In this document: positions 28,569 through 37,952 of the stretch, piece after piece
Numbering within the stretch: the first letter of the stretch is position 1
Layout of the letters: every line of letters starts with the position of its first letter
Assembly: GCA_963733195.1 (NCBI GenBank)
Contig: CAVTCR010000077.1
Span: forward strand, 1 to 37,952
DNA length: 37,952 nt
Origin: an uncultured delta proteobacterium
GTDB lineage: Bacteria > Desulfobacterota > Binatia > Bin18
Direction: 5' to 3'
The notes under the pieces: model-generated
The model's database searches: none
What the model saw: only the letters and a program-made list of their open reading frames with translations
What the model was told of the DNA's origin: nothing
Translations under genes and position numbers: made by a program

Positions 28569-28811
28569 GTGAAGGCATACAAATTCACGGACTACTTCGA
28601 GAACGAGGTCTTGCGCAAACGCCCCTACCTGAAAAAGGAGTGGTGCATTCAAGTCCTAGACAATCCGCTGCGGAGTGAACCCCAAGAGAAAAATCGGTTT
28701 CGCTTCTGGGGAGCGATTCTCGAATCGGACAATCGTGTCTTACGAGTAGTCACGCTTGAGGATAAAGTGACCATTCATAACGCTTTCCTTGACCGGAGGT
28801 TCAAACCATGA
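28569..28811 (+). CDS. Putative RelE/BrnT-fold (DUF4258-like) toxin
   Basis: 80 aa, basic, RFRFWGAI...RVLRVVTLED..TIHNAFLDR. ATGA overlap with a DUF2283-type gene. Confidence 0.65.
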   Translation: MKAYKFTDYFENEVLRKRPYLKKEWCIQVLDNPLRSEPQEKNRFRFWGAILESDNRVLRVVTLEDKVTIHNAFLDRRFKP

Positions 28812-29024
28812 AGCTCACCTACTACCCTGACACGGACTCACTTTACATCGACCTCTCCGAGCAACGGGCGTGGATAGCCAGGAGATCTCCGAGGGGATGT
28901 GCTCGATTACGACGCCTGCGGGAACCTAGTCGGAATTGACATTGATAATGCGAGCAAGAAAGTACAGCTCAAAGAGCTGACGCTCAGCAAGTTACCGACA
29001 GAGGTTCAGACTATCGTGGCCTAA
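28808..29024 (+). CDS. DUF2283-family putative antitoxin (small indels)
   Basis: MKLTYYPDTDSLYIDLSE ... DSQEISEG ... VLDYDACGNLVGIDIDNASKKV. The TAA stop lies in the attC R'' core. Not in the ORF track. Confidence 0.75.
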
Positions 29025-29115
29025 CCACCGCCTCCAAGCCGACCGCAGCCCGCGAGCGGTTTTGGGTAAAGCCAAAAAGGACCCCGTTGGACGGCGAGTG
29101 ACTGTGGCGTTAACG
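29019..29115 (+). other. attC site 5
   Basis: GCCTAAC overlapping the stop codon; body resembles site 4 (gcggtt(t/c)tg...aagc..aaa.gg); R' GTTAACG. Confidence 0.65.
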
Positions 29116-29205
29116 GTTGCACAGCATATGGAGACCGCTTTGGGTGGCTGGCGACGTCCACCCCTCTAATGTCATGATGAAGCTAGTCGTCAGGGATAGC
29201 AGGCA

Positions 29206-29493
29206 ATGCACATCATTACGCGCAAGCGGCTCAATGAGTTTGCTGAGCAACAGCCCGAGACCAAGGGTGCTTTAGAGCATTGGTATCGTGAGATGAAGCG
29301 ACGGAACTTCACCTCCTTTGCTGACTTGCGTACGATCTTTCCCGCTGCTGATCAGGTCGGAAAGCTTACTGTGTTCAATATTGGCGGGAACAAGGTGCGC
29401 TTGATCGCCGCTCTGCACTACAATCGACAGCGTGTGTATATCCGCGCTGTACTGACTCACCAAGAATATAATGAAGGCAAATGGAAGGAATAG
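29206..29493 (+). CDS. higB: HigB-family mRNA interferase toxin
   Basis: MHIITRKRLNEF...FADLRTIFPAADQVGKLTVFNIGGNKVRLIA...VYIRAVLTHQEY. Confidence 0.9.
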   Translation: MHIITRKRLNEFAEQQPETKGALEHWYREMKRRNFTSFADLRTIFPAADQVGKLTVFNIGGNKVRLIAALHYNRQRVYIRAVLTHQEYNEGKWKE

Positions 29494-29495
29494 CC

Positions 29496-29759
29496 ATGAA
29501 CGTGCAGAATCCCGATATCTCAACTGCGGTGACACACTGGCCTGAGATGGCGACCACCCTGTTCGTACCGCATACCGAAGCCGAGTATCGTCGCTTAGTG
29601 GCCGTACTGGATGCTTTGATCGACGAAGTGGGTGAAGACGAATCTCACTCCTTGGCTTCCTTAATGGAAATCCTGAGCGTGTTGATTGAACACTATGAAG
29701 CGGAACATGTCCCCGAATTGGCAAGTGAGGAAGGAATCTCAACATCGCCATCTGACTAA
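29496..29759 (+). CDS. higA: HigA-like antitoxin, N-terminal domain only (no HTH)
   Basis: PHTEAEYRRLVAVLDALIDEVGEDESHSLASLMEILSVLIEHYE; acidic; stop codon lies in the attC core GACTAAC. Confidence 0.78.
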   Translation: MNVQNPDISTAVTHWPEMATTLFVPHTEAEYRRLVAVLDALIDEVGEDESHSLASLMEILSVLIEHYEAEHVPELASEEGISTSPSD

Positions 29760-29848
29760 CGTGCTGCACTGGACCCCGGTCTTGTTGCGTTCGGAATGAG
29801 CTCGAAACGTCCTAGTGGGGCTGTGGCCAGTGACCACGGGCATTAGCC
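29754..29848 (+). other. attC site 6 (right core mutated)
   Basis: GACTAAC, cactgg/ccagtg arms, right core ATTAGCC instead of GTTAGCC. Confidence 0.62.
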
Positions 29849-30029
29849 GGCCCGAGCGGAGATCGACAATATCGACTTTCGCTTCGTCACCGTCCGGCCA
29901 TAATGAGCCATTCTCATCCCTCCTCCTTCCGTCGGCAGTCGCTAGCGAGGGCGGCCTGAAGAAAAACCGCCCGCCCCCTCTTCCTTACACGGCACTTCGG
30001 ACTAGCATGGAAATAGGACGTAGACAGGT

Positions 30030-30455
30030 ATGCCTGCAAAAGCCATTCTCTTGGTCGAGGACAGTACTGCGGATGTCTATCTCATTCAGCGGGCAGCGGA
30101 AGAGTGTGGCCGGGATATCCAGCTCTGGACGACGTCCGACGGTGCCGAAGCCCTCAAGTTTCTGCGCAAAGACTACCCTTTAGCACACGTGCCGACGCCT
30201 GCCCTTATTATCTTAGACCTCCGGTTACCCACGATGAGCGGCACCCAGATTCTCACGGCAATCCGTCAGCTGCCAGCCTATCACGCGACCCCGATTATCA
30301 TCCTCAGTAGGGTGGACAAAGAGAAAGAAGAAGCGTCCTGCCTCCAACTGGGGGCCACCGCGTTTGTGCAAAAATCCTCGAACTTTTACGTCTTCTTTAA
30401 CTCCATCCAGGCGCTCGTTGGGCGCTGGCTCAGGTCAGAAGGTGATAGGAATTAG
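30030..30455 (+). CDS. Single-domain response regulator (CheY/Rcp1-like)
   Basis: ILLVEDS, DGAEALKFL, LIILDLRLP and LGATAFVQK. Confidence 0.9.
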   Translation: MPAKAILLVEDSTADVYLIQRAAEECGRDIQLWTTSDGAEALKFLRKDYPLAHVPTPALIILDLRLPTMSGTQILTAIRQLPAYHATPIIILSRVDKEKEEASCLQLGATAFVQKSSNFYVFFNSIQALVGRWLRSEGDRN

Positions 30456-30662
30456 GAGAAGTCTTTAGAAGTATAGGGTGAACAGGGTCTGAAGTTTCTG
30501 GAGCACGCTAAGTTGGAAAGGCATTGTCAACTTAAGCGCTAAAAACAGGAAATTGAAAGATGGAGACCCTCTATGTAGTGTCCGGTATGGATACACATGA
30601 CCCTATATCGCATGTAAGTAACAGTAAGTGAAATAAGTTGACAATGCCGTGCGACGTACGCT

Positions 30663-31979
30663 ATGGCTCTGAGCTCTTACATTGAGAGACTCTTCCGCGT
30701 TGATCTGCACCCCCGTCAGGCTTCGCTTGCCCGCGGCAAAGCCACATTGCTGCACGTGGTCATGGTCGGAGTGGAAAAGTTTCAGGACGACTTGCTGAAC
30801 CTGCGGGCCACAAGCCTGACGTACACCACCCTCCTTTCCCTCGTCCCGTTTCTCGCCGTAGCGTTTTCGGTGCTCAAAGCATTTGGCGTGCAGAACCAGC
30901 TGGAGCCAGCCTTAGCAGGGATGTTGGCACCGCTGGGTCCGGAGTCAATCGAAATCACCCGCCGGGTGATCGTGTTTGTCGACAACCAGCAGGTGGGGGT
31001 GCTCGGGGCAGTCGGTGTAGTGGGGTTGTTCTATACCGTGCTCTCCCTCATCGGGAAGATCGAGGATGCTTTAAACAACATCTGGCAGGTGCACCGCCCC
31101 CGTAGTCTGGGCCGCCAATTTAGCGATTACCTGAGTGTAGTGCTGGTAGGTCCGGTCTTGATCTTCACTGCCCTGGCGTTGACAGCCTCAGCCCAAAGTT
31201 ACTGGCTGGTACAACGTTTCCTGGAGTTCAAACCACTGGGCTGGGTCGTGCCCCTCGTCACCCACCTGATGCCGCTCATTCTCCTGTGCGCGGCCTTCAC
31301 GTTTTTGTATCAGTTCGTCCCCCACACGCGCGTCCGCCTGCGCTCAGCCTTGGTCGGTGGGGTCGTGGCTGGTCTCCTCTGGCAAGTGGCTGGTGTCGGG
31401 TTCACCAAGTTCGTCGCAGGCTCGAGCAGCTATGCAGCGATCTATTCGAGCTTCGCCATCCTGATTCTCTTCTTGATTTGGCTGCAGCTCGGGTGGCTGA
31501 TCGTCCTGGTGGGAGCCGAGGTGGCGTACTACCATCAGCATCCCGGTGCGTACCGCAAGCACACATCTCATAGGGGACACAGCCAGCTGTTCCGGGAACA
31601 ACTGGCCATTGCGGCGCTAGTCGAGCTAACCCAGCGCGCCCTTGAAGGGAGACCCCCTTCGGATCCGGCCCAGCTGGCCGCCGCCCTCGGTTTGCCTCTG
31701 TCAAGCCTGGAAGAGCTGATCGACGGATTCGTGCGGCGAGGCTTGCTTCTGCGGGCGGCAGAGCCTGCCGGAATTACTCTGGGACGCCTACCCGAGCAGA
31801 TTCCCGTAGTCGAGATTCTCGATATCCTCCGCGGTGCAGATTCCACAGCACCTGCCAGTGGCAAAGAGGAGCAGGTCTTGGGCATTCTGCAACGACGTGA
31901 TCAGGCTGTCCGGCACGCCCTTGAGGGCCTCACCCTCAGATCCCTGGCCTCCGAGCCAACTCTGTTCCAGGGCCCGTAA
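30663..31979 (+). CDS. YihY/BrkB-family membrane protein with a C-terminal HTH-like extension
   Basis: ATSLTYTTLLSLVPFLA, IEDALNNIW, FLYQFVP and YAAIYSSFA...W.IVLVGAE. Confidence 0.9.
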   Translation: MALSSYIERLFRVDLHPRQASLARGKATLLHVVMVGVEKFQDDLLNLRATSLTYTTLLSLVPFLAVAFSVLKAFGVQNQLEPALAGMLAPLGPESIEITRRVIVFVDNQQVGVLGAVGVVGLFYTVLSLIGKIEDALNNIWQVHRPRSLGRQFSDYLSVVLVGPVLIFTALALTASAQSYWLVQRFLEFKPLGWVVPLVTHLMPLILLCAAFTFLYQFVPHTRVRLRSALVGGVVAGLLWQVAGVGFTKFVAGSSSYAAIYSSFAILILFLIWLQLGWLIVLVGAEVAYYHQHPGAYRKHTSHRGHSQLFREQLAIAALVELTQRALEGRPPSDPAQLAAALGLPLSSLEELIDGFVRRGLLLRAAEPAGITLGRLPEQIPVVEILDILRGADSTAPASGKEEQVLGILQRRDQAVRHALEGLTLRSLASEPTLFQGP

Positions 31980-32062
31980 TTCCTACGTGAGTTGTGTAGA
32001 GAAACCGTGGCGATACAATCTAAAAGAGAAGTAATAGAGCAGGTTCGTCATTGGGGAAGGCC

Positions 32063-33889
32063 ATGCCCTGCATACTGTTTCTTGTTTTGACACTCTGGTG
32101 CTGGTGGAGCACATCCCTTCTCGCGCTGACCGTGGAGGAGCTAGCTCCAGAGCGGAAATGGCAGGTGGAGGCCGTTGTCATCTCTGGGAATGAGGCGTTT
32201 TCCGCCCGCGAGCTCCTGGCCACGCTCCGTACAAAAGAACGGCCTTGGTACACCCCGTGGAAGGGACGGCCGGTTTTTGACCCGGTCACCTTTACCACCG
32301 ATATCGAACGTCTACAGCGCTTCTATGAGGCTCGCGGATATTACCAGAGCCGGGTGACCTATGACCTACAGGTCGACGATCAGGATGCGCTTGTGACGGC
32401 TCACATCACCGTGGCAGAGCACCGACCCGTCACCGTGGCGGACGTCAAGGTCGAAGTCACCGACCATCACCCAGACCCGGCCGATTTTCCTTTCCCTGAG
32501 CAGCTGCCCCTTCAACCGGGTGGGCCGTTTAGCGAAGCGGCGTACCAACAGGGTGAACAGCTGGTGCGGGATTTCTTTCGGGAACGGGGCCACGCGCACG
32601 TGGAGACAAAGCGGAGGGCGGAAGTCGATGCCGATCAAGGCTACGCGTCTGTCCAGTATACTGTGCAGCCCGGGCCGCAGGCCGTGTTTGGGACGACACG
32701 AGTGGAGGGCACCGAGAAAGTCGATCCGCCCCTCATCCTCGGGGAGTTGACGTATCAGTCTGGCGAACAGTTTTCCCTGCGCAAGGTCGCGGACTCGCAG
32801 GAAAAGATCTTGGCCCTGGGGCTGTTCCGGGCCGTGCAAATTGCGCCGGAACACACGGAGAGCAAACCGCAGGTCGTGCCGATGCGGGTCCGTGTCGAAG
32901 AGAAACCCCCGCGTGAGATCAAGGCAGGACTCAAGTATGGCACGGAAGATGAAATTGGCGCCCAAGTCGAATGGCAACACCGCAACTGGCTGGGCGGAGG
33001 CCGACAGTTATCGTTCTTGCTCAAATTCTCGTCCGTCACTCGCACGGCCAAGGCCACGTTTGTCCAGCCACACTTTCTCTCACCCCGCACCCGTGCGGTA
33101 CTCAGCTTGAGCCAAGAGCAAGAAGATGAGGAAACTTTCCTGCTCGACGCGACGCGTTTTCAGCCACGCCTGGAGCACCGTTTCTCTCCGACCCTGTCGG
33201 GATTCGTAGGGTACCGGCTGGAGTTTGCCAAGTTGCACGACATTGCCCCTGCCACGGTCCGGGCCTTGGGGCGGATCAAGCGGGACGGTATCCTCTCGGG
33301 GCCTTCCCTGGGTCTGGTCTGGAACACCACGGAAGACCCGTTCAATCCCCAGGCAGGAGAGGTAGTGTCCCTGTCGGCCGATCAAGCGGGGGTAGTATGG
33401 GGGGGAGATTTCCGCTTTTACAAATTCACGGCTGAGGCGAAAAAATACTACCATGTGGGCAGGAAAACGGTACTCGCCGGCCGGCTAAAAATCGGCCTTG
33501 CCGATGCCTTGGGTGCGCGGGCGAATTTTCCTCTCTTTGAGCGCTTCTATGCCGGCGGGGAAAAGAGCGTGCGGGGGTATGGCCGCCGGCGACTCGGGCC
33601 GCTCAGCGACGCGGATGACCCCCTCGGCGGGCTCAGCCTGATCGAGGGCTCGGTGGAGCTGCGCCGCCCCTTGTGGAGGGAGTTAGGCGGCGCGCTGTTT
33701 GTGGACTTTGGCCAGGTGTCTCTCGACTCTTTTGACCTGCCGCTTGATGATCTCAAATTTGCTGCTGGGTTTGGGGTAAGCTACACTACGCCAGTCGGAC
33801 CGCTGCGGGTTGATATCGGCTTTCCCTTCGACCCGCCGCGCGGGGACCGGGGCTGGCAGGTGCACTTCAGCATCGGCCAGTTCTTTTAA
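32063..33889 (+). CDS. tamA: TamA/BamA (Omp85) outer-membrane assembly protein
   Basis: Signal peptide, three POTRA-like repeats, ERFYAGGEKSVRGY, TPVGPLRVDIG, C-terminal FSIGQFF. Confidence 0.88.
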   Translation: MPCILFLVLTLWCWWSTSLLALTVEELAPERKWQVEAVVISGNEAFSARELLATLRTKERPWYTPWKGRPVFDPVTFTTDIERLQRFYEARGYYQSRVTYDLQVDDQDALVTAHITVAEHRPVTVADVKVEVTDHHPDPADFPFPEQLPLQPGGPFSEAAYQQGEQLVRDFFRERGHAHVETKRRAEVDADQGYASVQYTVQPGPQAVFGTTRVEGTEKVDPPLILGELTYQSGEQFSLRKVADSQEKILALGLFRAVQIAPEHTESKPQVVPMRVRVEEKPPREIKAGLKYGTEDEIGAQVEWQHRNWLGGGRQLSFLLKFSSVTRTAKATFVQPHFLSPRTRAVLSLSQEQEDEETFLLDATRFQPRLEHRFSPTLSGFVGYRLEFAKLHDIAPATVRALGRIKRDGILSGPSLGLVWNTTEDPFNPQAGEVVSLSADQAGVVWGGDFRFYKFTAEAKKYYHVGRKTVLAGRLKIGLADALGARANFPLFERFYAGGEKSVRGYGRRRLGPLSDADDPLGGLSLIEGSVELRRPLWRELGGALFVDFGQVSLDSFDLPLDDLKFAAGFGVSYTTPVGPLRVDIGFPFDPPRGDRGWQVHFSIGQFF

Positions 33890-33903
33890 TAAGGATGACA
33901 GCT

Positions 33904-36900
33904 ATGAAACGCGTCAGGTCATATCTCCGCTGGATAGCGCTCGTGTTCGGAAGCTTGCTGCTCCTTGTCGTGGTCGGGGGCGTGCTCTTCATCCGCACGG
34001 AGCGGTTTCAGATACTGCTCCGCGACCAGTTGGTGAGTGCCTTAAACACCTCCTTTCGCGGTGACGTCGGTGTGGAACGAATCGAGGGGTCAATCTGGAA
34101 GAATGTGACCCTGCACAACCTCACTATTCAGCATCAGGGGACTGACATTCTCTATGTCCCCCGTCTGACAATACAGTACTCCTTGCTCCCGCTCCTGCAG
34201 GGCCGTATGCAAATATCGCGCGTAGAGGTAGTCGAACCGGTCGTGCAACTCAAGCAAGACGCGGCGGGCACCTGGAATATCCTGGAGGCACTTGCTCCCG
34301 AAATAGTGCAGCCTGAAGCGGCCCCGACACAAGAGGGCGGCCTTGCTATGCATCTGGATACCGTGACGGTGCAAGGGGCTCGTATTGACGTGACGCTCGC
34401 GCGTGCGGCTGAGCAGAGGTACTATCTCACCGAGACCACCCTGGACGCGAAAATCGAGAAGCTGCCGACTGGCCTCGAAATCCAGGTCCGCCGCATAGCT
34501 TTTCGCATCACTGCATCGGGATTGCCGGAGGTACAGGCAGAGGCCGCCTTGGTCTATGAGGGCACGGTGACTCCGGCTGCGGTTCGTATCAGCGCCTTCA
34601 GCCTCCATACCCCTCACTCTCGCCTCCACCTCGCCGGTACGGTTGACAATCTGATCACGCTGAACACGGATGCTGAGCTGGTCATCGAAAATTTGGCAGT
34701 TGCTGATGTTGCCCAAATCGTGCCTGGCTGGCCACTGAAGGAGGCCCTCTCCGGGAAGCTGCGGGTCACCGGGCCACTGGCGGACCTACACACGAACCTC
34801 ACGCTCGCTATAGCTGATGCCCAGGTAACTGCGGATGTACAGGCTGATCTCAGCCAGCAAATGCCCCGGTATCAGGGAGAGGTCACAATCCGTCGCTTTG
34901 ATGTACAAAAACTCTTAGCAAGAGAAGACGTGGCGGGTGTGGTAGAGGGCACAGTGCGAGCGAACGGCGCAGGAACAGCCCTTGTTGACGTCAATGGGAA
35001 GGCGAGCCTAAAAGGCCAAGCTCTGCGGGTCGCGAGCTGGCAGATTGGAGATATGGCGTTGAACGGGAGCCTGGAGCAAGGAACGGGAAAGCTGAACGGA
35101 GAGGTGCGCGGTGGGCTTGGTCGGGCGCATTGGCAGGGGGCAATCACCCTAGCCGAAGAGCCACGCTATGATCTAGCCCTCTCTATAGAAGGCCTGGACC
35201 TCAAGAAAGTGGCGGCGGGGGAGAAACCTGTTAGCGGTGACCTGAACCTCACGGGCACGCTGCGGGGAACGGGGCTCGCCCTGCCGACGATGGACGCGCA
35301 GACCGAGATTGAGCTGCGCCCGTCCACCATCGGCCCGCTGCAGATGCAGCGCGGTCGTCTCGACGCGCGGATTGCGGACGGGCGTATCCGGATCGCGGAA
35401 GCGACACTGGCGGCGACAGACACCACATTGACTGTACAAGGGGAGATGGGTACCACCCCAGAAGAGAACGGGCGGCTCTTGTACACGCTCCGAGCCACGG
35501 ATCTGTCGCCATGGCTGTCACTTGCCGGCCGGAAGGGATCGGGTGCACTCGCCCTGACCGGGGAGGCGAGCGGGAACATCGCCGCTCTGCAGGCGCAGGG
35601 GGAGCTCAAAGCCGCAGAGCTGCGCGTGGATGAGGCTGTGATACAGCGCGGGACGATCACGTTCGATCTGAACAACCTGGGACAGCCACAGCCGCAGGGC
35701 ACCCTGACAGCCGTATTCGACGGCATCCAGACGGGGGTGGAGCTGCAGAAGCTCGAAGCGACAGTGACCCTCCCGCACGGCCAACAACAGCCGGCGCCGC
35801 TGTCGGCCCAAGTGGCGGTGAAGGTTCGGGATGCCACCGCCCACAGCCACCGCCTGAACGCCGAGGTCGCGTACCAACCCGCGCAGCTTGCTGTGCGCCT
35901 CAGCACGCTCTCGCTGGAGCTGTTGGACGGAACCTGGCAACTCACTCAACCGGTAAAGATCATACAGAACACAGAAGGCATTGTTATCGAGCGCTTTCTG
36001 CTCGCAAACGGCGACCAACAGATGCTGCTTGAGGGAAGCCTGTCTCCGACTGGTACCCAGGACCTGCGGGTCCAGATCGACCGCTTCACCCTCGCGGCGT
36101 TACAGCCACTGCTGTCCCAGCACCCCGAGGTCAGCGGAGTGCTCTCGGCCCGGGTGCAGGTTGGCGGCTCGGCGGCACGGCCGAGCCTCGACGGGACAGC
36201 ACATCTCACAGGTCTTCGTGTTGCCGGCCAGGACTACAAAGATCTCTTGACGGCAGTCGTCTATAAAGAAGCAAAAGCCACTCTAGAGTTGACCTTCCGC
36301 CAGGATGCCGAGCATGCGCTGAGCGCAAGCGGCTCCCTGCCGCTTGCCATGAGCTGGGCGGAAGGGTGGAAAACACAAGTGCTCGGCGATTTGGACTTCC
36401 GAGTCCGCTCTTCTGGCCTGAGTTTGGCGTTCCTGAATGCCTTTAGTAGTAAGGCCGTCCAGGGTGTGGCGGGGAACTCAGTCTGGACTTCAGCCTGCAA
36501 GGTCCGGTTTCGCGTCCGCTGCCGCGAGGGACCTTTCAACTCCGGGATGGGCAAGCAATGGTGAACCCACTCGGCGTACAGATCTCTGCGATCACCGTAG
36601 CCGGTGCAGTGGATCCGGAGAACGTGCGGATCGCGCAGATAGCGGCCCAGGCCAGAGACGGACGCCTACAGGGCAGCGGAACCATTGCCTTACGAGGCTA
36701 TGCACCCACAGATCTCAAGGTATCCCTCTCGGCTGAGCGCTGGCCGGCCATCCACACACGCCAGTATCAGGCCGAGATCGGCGGTGAGGTTCGGGCCGAA
36801 GGGCCGCTGACTGCCGCACGGGTCACAGGACAACTCGAAGTGTTGCAGGCGACCCTCCGAACCGACCTAGCCTTTCTCCAAGACACGCCTGTGCAACGCG

Positions 36901-37721
36901 ACAACACCATCGTGATCCGGCACACAGGAAGTTCTTCTACACCCTCGACGGTTAAGGAGGAGCAGGAGAAAACTCAGGCCCCTCCGCAAACAGACACTTT
37001 TCAGAACCTGGCGCTTGACCTCACGGTGGCTGTACCCCGCAACACGTGGGTTCGGCATTCCAATGCGGACGTAGAGCTGGCTGGCAAGGTGCGGGCAACG
37101 AAGCAGCCAGGGGAAGACCTGACACTTGTCGGTGCCATCGAGACCGTCCGCGGCTGGATCGGCGTTCAGGGGCGTCGTTTCACGTTGACCCAAGGGCGGG
37201 TGGTGTTCACCGGGGGGAAGAGATCAACCCCGGGGTGGATATCGTGGCGCAATACCGCTTACCAGACTATCAGGTCGAGGTAGTCGTGGGTGGAACAGCC
37301 CAAAAACCGTCGCTGACCTTCCGCAGCGAACCCAAGATGGAACAAGCCGACATTTTGGCGGTGTTGCTGTTCGGGAAGCCGACCACCGCGCTAAGCCAAG
37401 GAGAGAAAATGGACCTGCAGCAACAGGCCTTAAAGGTCACCAGCGGTTATGCTGCGGCCAAGATCGGGGAGTCGGTCTCGCAGGCCCTGGGGCTCGAACA
37501 GCTCGGGATTGACCTACGGGAGGTCGATTCACGGGCGGGCGTATTGGCTTCGGTCGGTACGTCTCCCCGAACACCTACGTGTCTATGTCCCAGGATATTG
37601 CCGTAAGAAGGGGCAGGAGGTGTCGGTGGAATACTCCCTGAGCCCCGGGTGGAAAACTACGACCTCGACGAGCGCCGGCGGTAACAGTGAAGCCGGTATT
37701 CTGTGGCATAAGGAGTACTGA
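33904..37721 (+). CDS. tamB: TamB (DUF490) translocation/assembly module protein (frameshifts near 36470, 37215 and 37530)
   Basis: N-terminal TM anchor, long beta-rich repeats, DUF490-type C-terminus (GRRFTLTQGRVVF, GTAQKPSLTFRSEP..EQADILAVLLFG, VEYSLS...HKEY*). Directly follows tamA. Confidence 0.85.
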
Positions 37722-37952
37722 GCGATTCCTTTGAACTCCCTCTACCGTTACCATCCTCCTTCCCACGTGTCCCTATAGAAAGTGTAGCGGAAAAGATGTT
37801 AGGAGAATATTTCGCGACAAGACCCTTTTTCCTGGACGGCTTCCCTTGGTCTCCCCATGACCACGGTTCGCTAACCTGCTACATTTCCTCGCATGAAAGT
37901 AGGCTTAGTTGGATTCTCGTGCTGGCAAAACTACGATCTTCAATGCGCTCAC

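Noticed and set aside
29843-30455. Response regulator as a further integron cassette
   Set aside because: No attC-like structure found downstream of it.
30638-30662. Sigma70 promoter TTGACA...TACGCT before yihY
   Set aside because: The spacer is 13 bp, too short.
3182-37721. Programmed frameshifting or true pseudogenes in hyuB, DsbA, the TDGLP gene, the hydrolase, the SH3 gene and tamB
   Set aside because: Single indels, often in G or C runs, in otherwise conserved genes are better explained by sequencing error.
1-37952. CRISPR array, tRNA or rRNA genes
   Set aside because: No regularly spaced direct repeats with unique spacers and no recognisable tRNA or rRNA sequence seen by eye.

Overview
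Bacterial genomic window, moderately GC-rich. Gene content resembles Ca. Binatia or Tectomicrobia-type genomes (inference only). Scattered single-base frameshifts look like long-read indel errors. The left part holds three paralogous class III nucleotide cyclase-STAND ATPase-TPR genes, an internally deleted IS256, a hydantoinase A/B + VanZ unit, a Gld-like ABC transporter, a glyoxalase and a truncated amidohydrolase. The centre holds an SxxC DsbA-family gene divergent from a likely operon: a UGSC selenoprotein that the ORF track splits in two (in-frame TGA plus SECIS hairpin), its TDGLP-motif partner, an LLM monooxygenase and a degenerate alpha/beta hydrolase. An accessory island (~23.6-29.9 kb) follows a truncated DUF1326 gene. 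It carries a membrane-anchored protein, a secreted protein that is ~34% tyrosine, remnants of four mobile elements (group II intron, ISAs1, tyrosine recombinase, IS91-type) and an integrase-less integron cassette array with about six attC sites (SH3 protein, peptidoglycan hydrolase, empty cassette, two toxin-antitoxin pairs). The right part holds a response regulator and a YihY-TamA-TamB operon. Best leads: the hidden selenoprotein module, the Tyr-rich secreted protein pair, and the cyclase paralogues, whose loops are encoded by REP and heptamer repeats and two of which share an IS256-derived leader.
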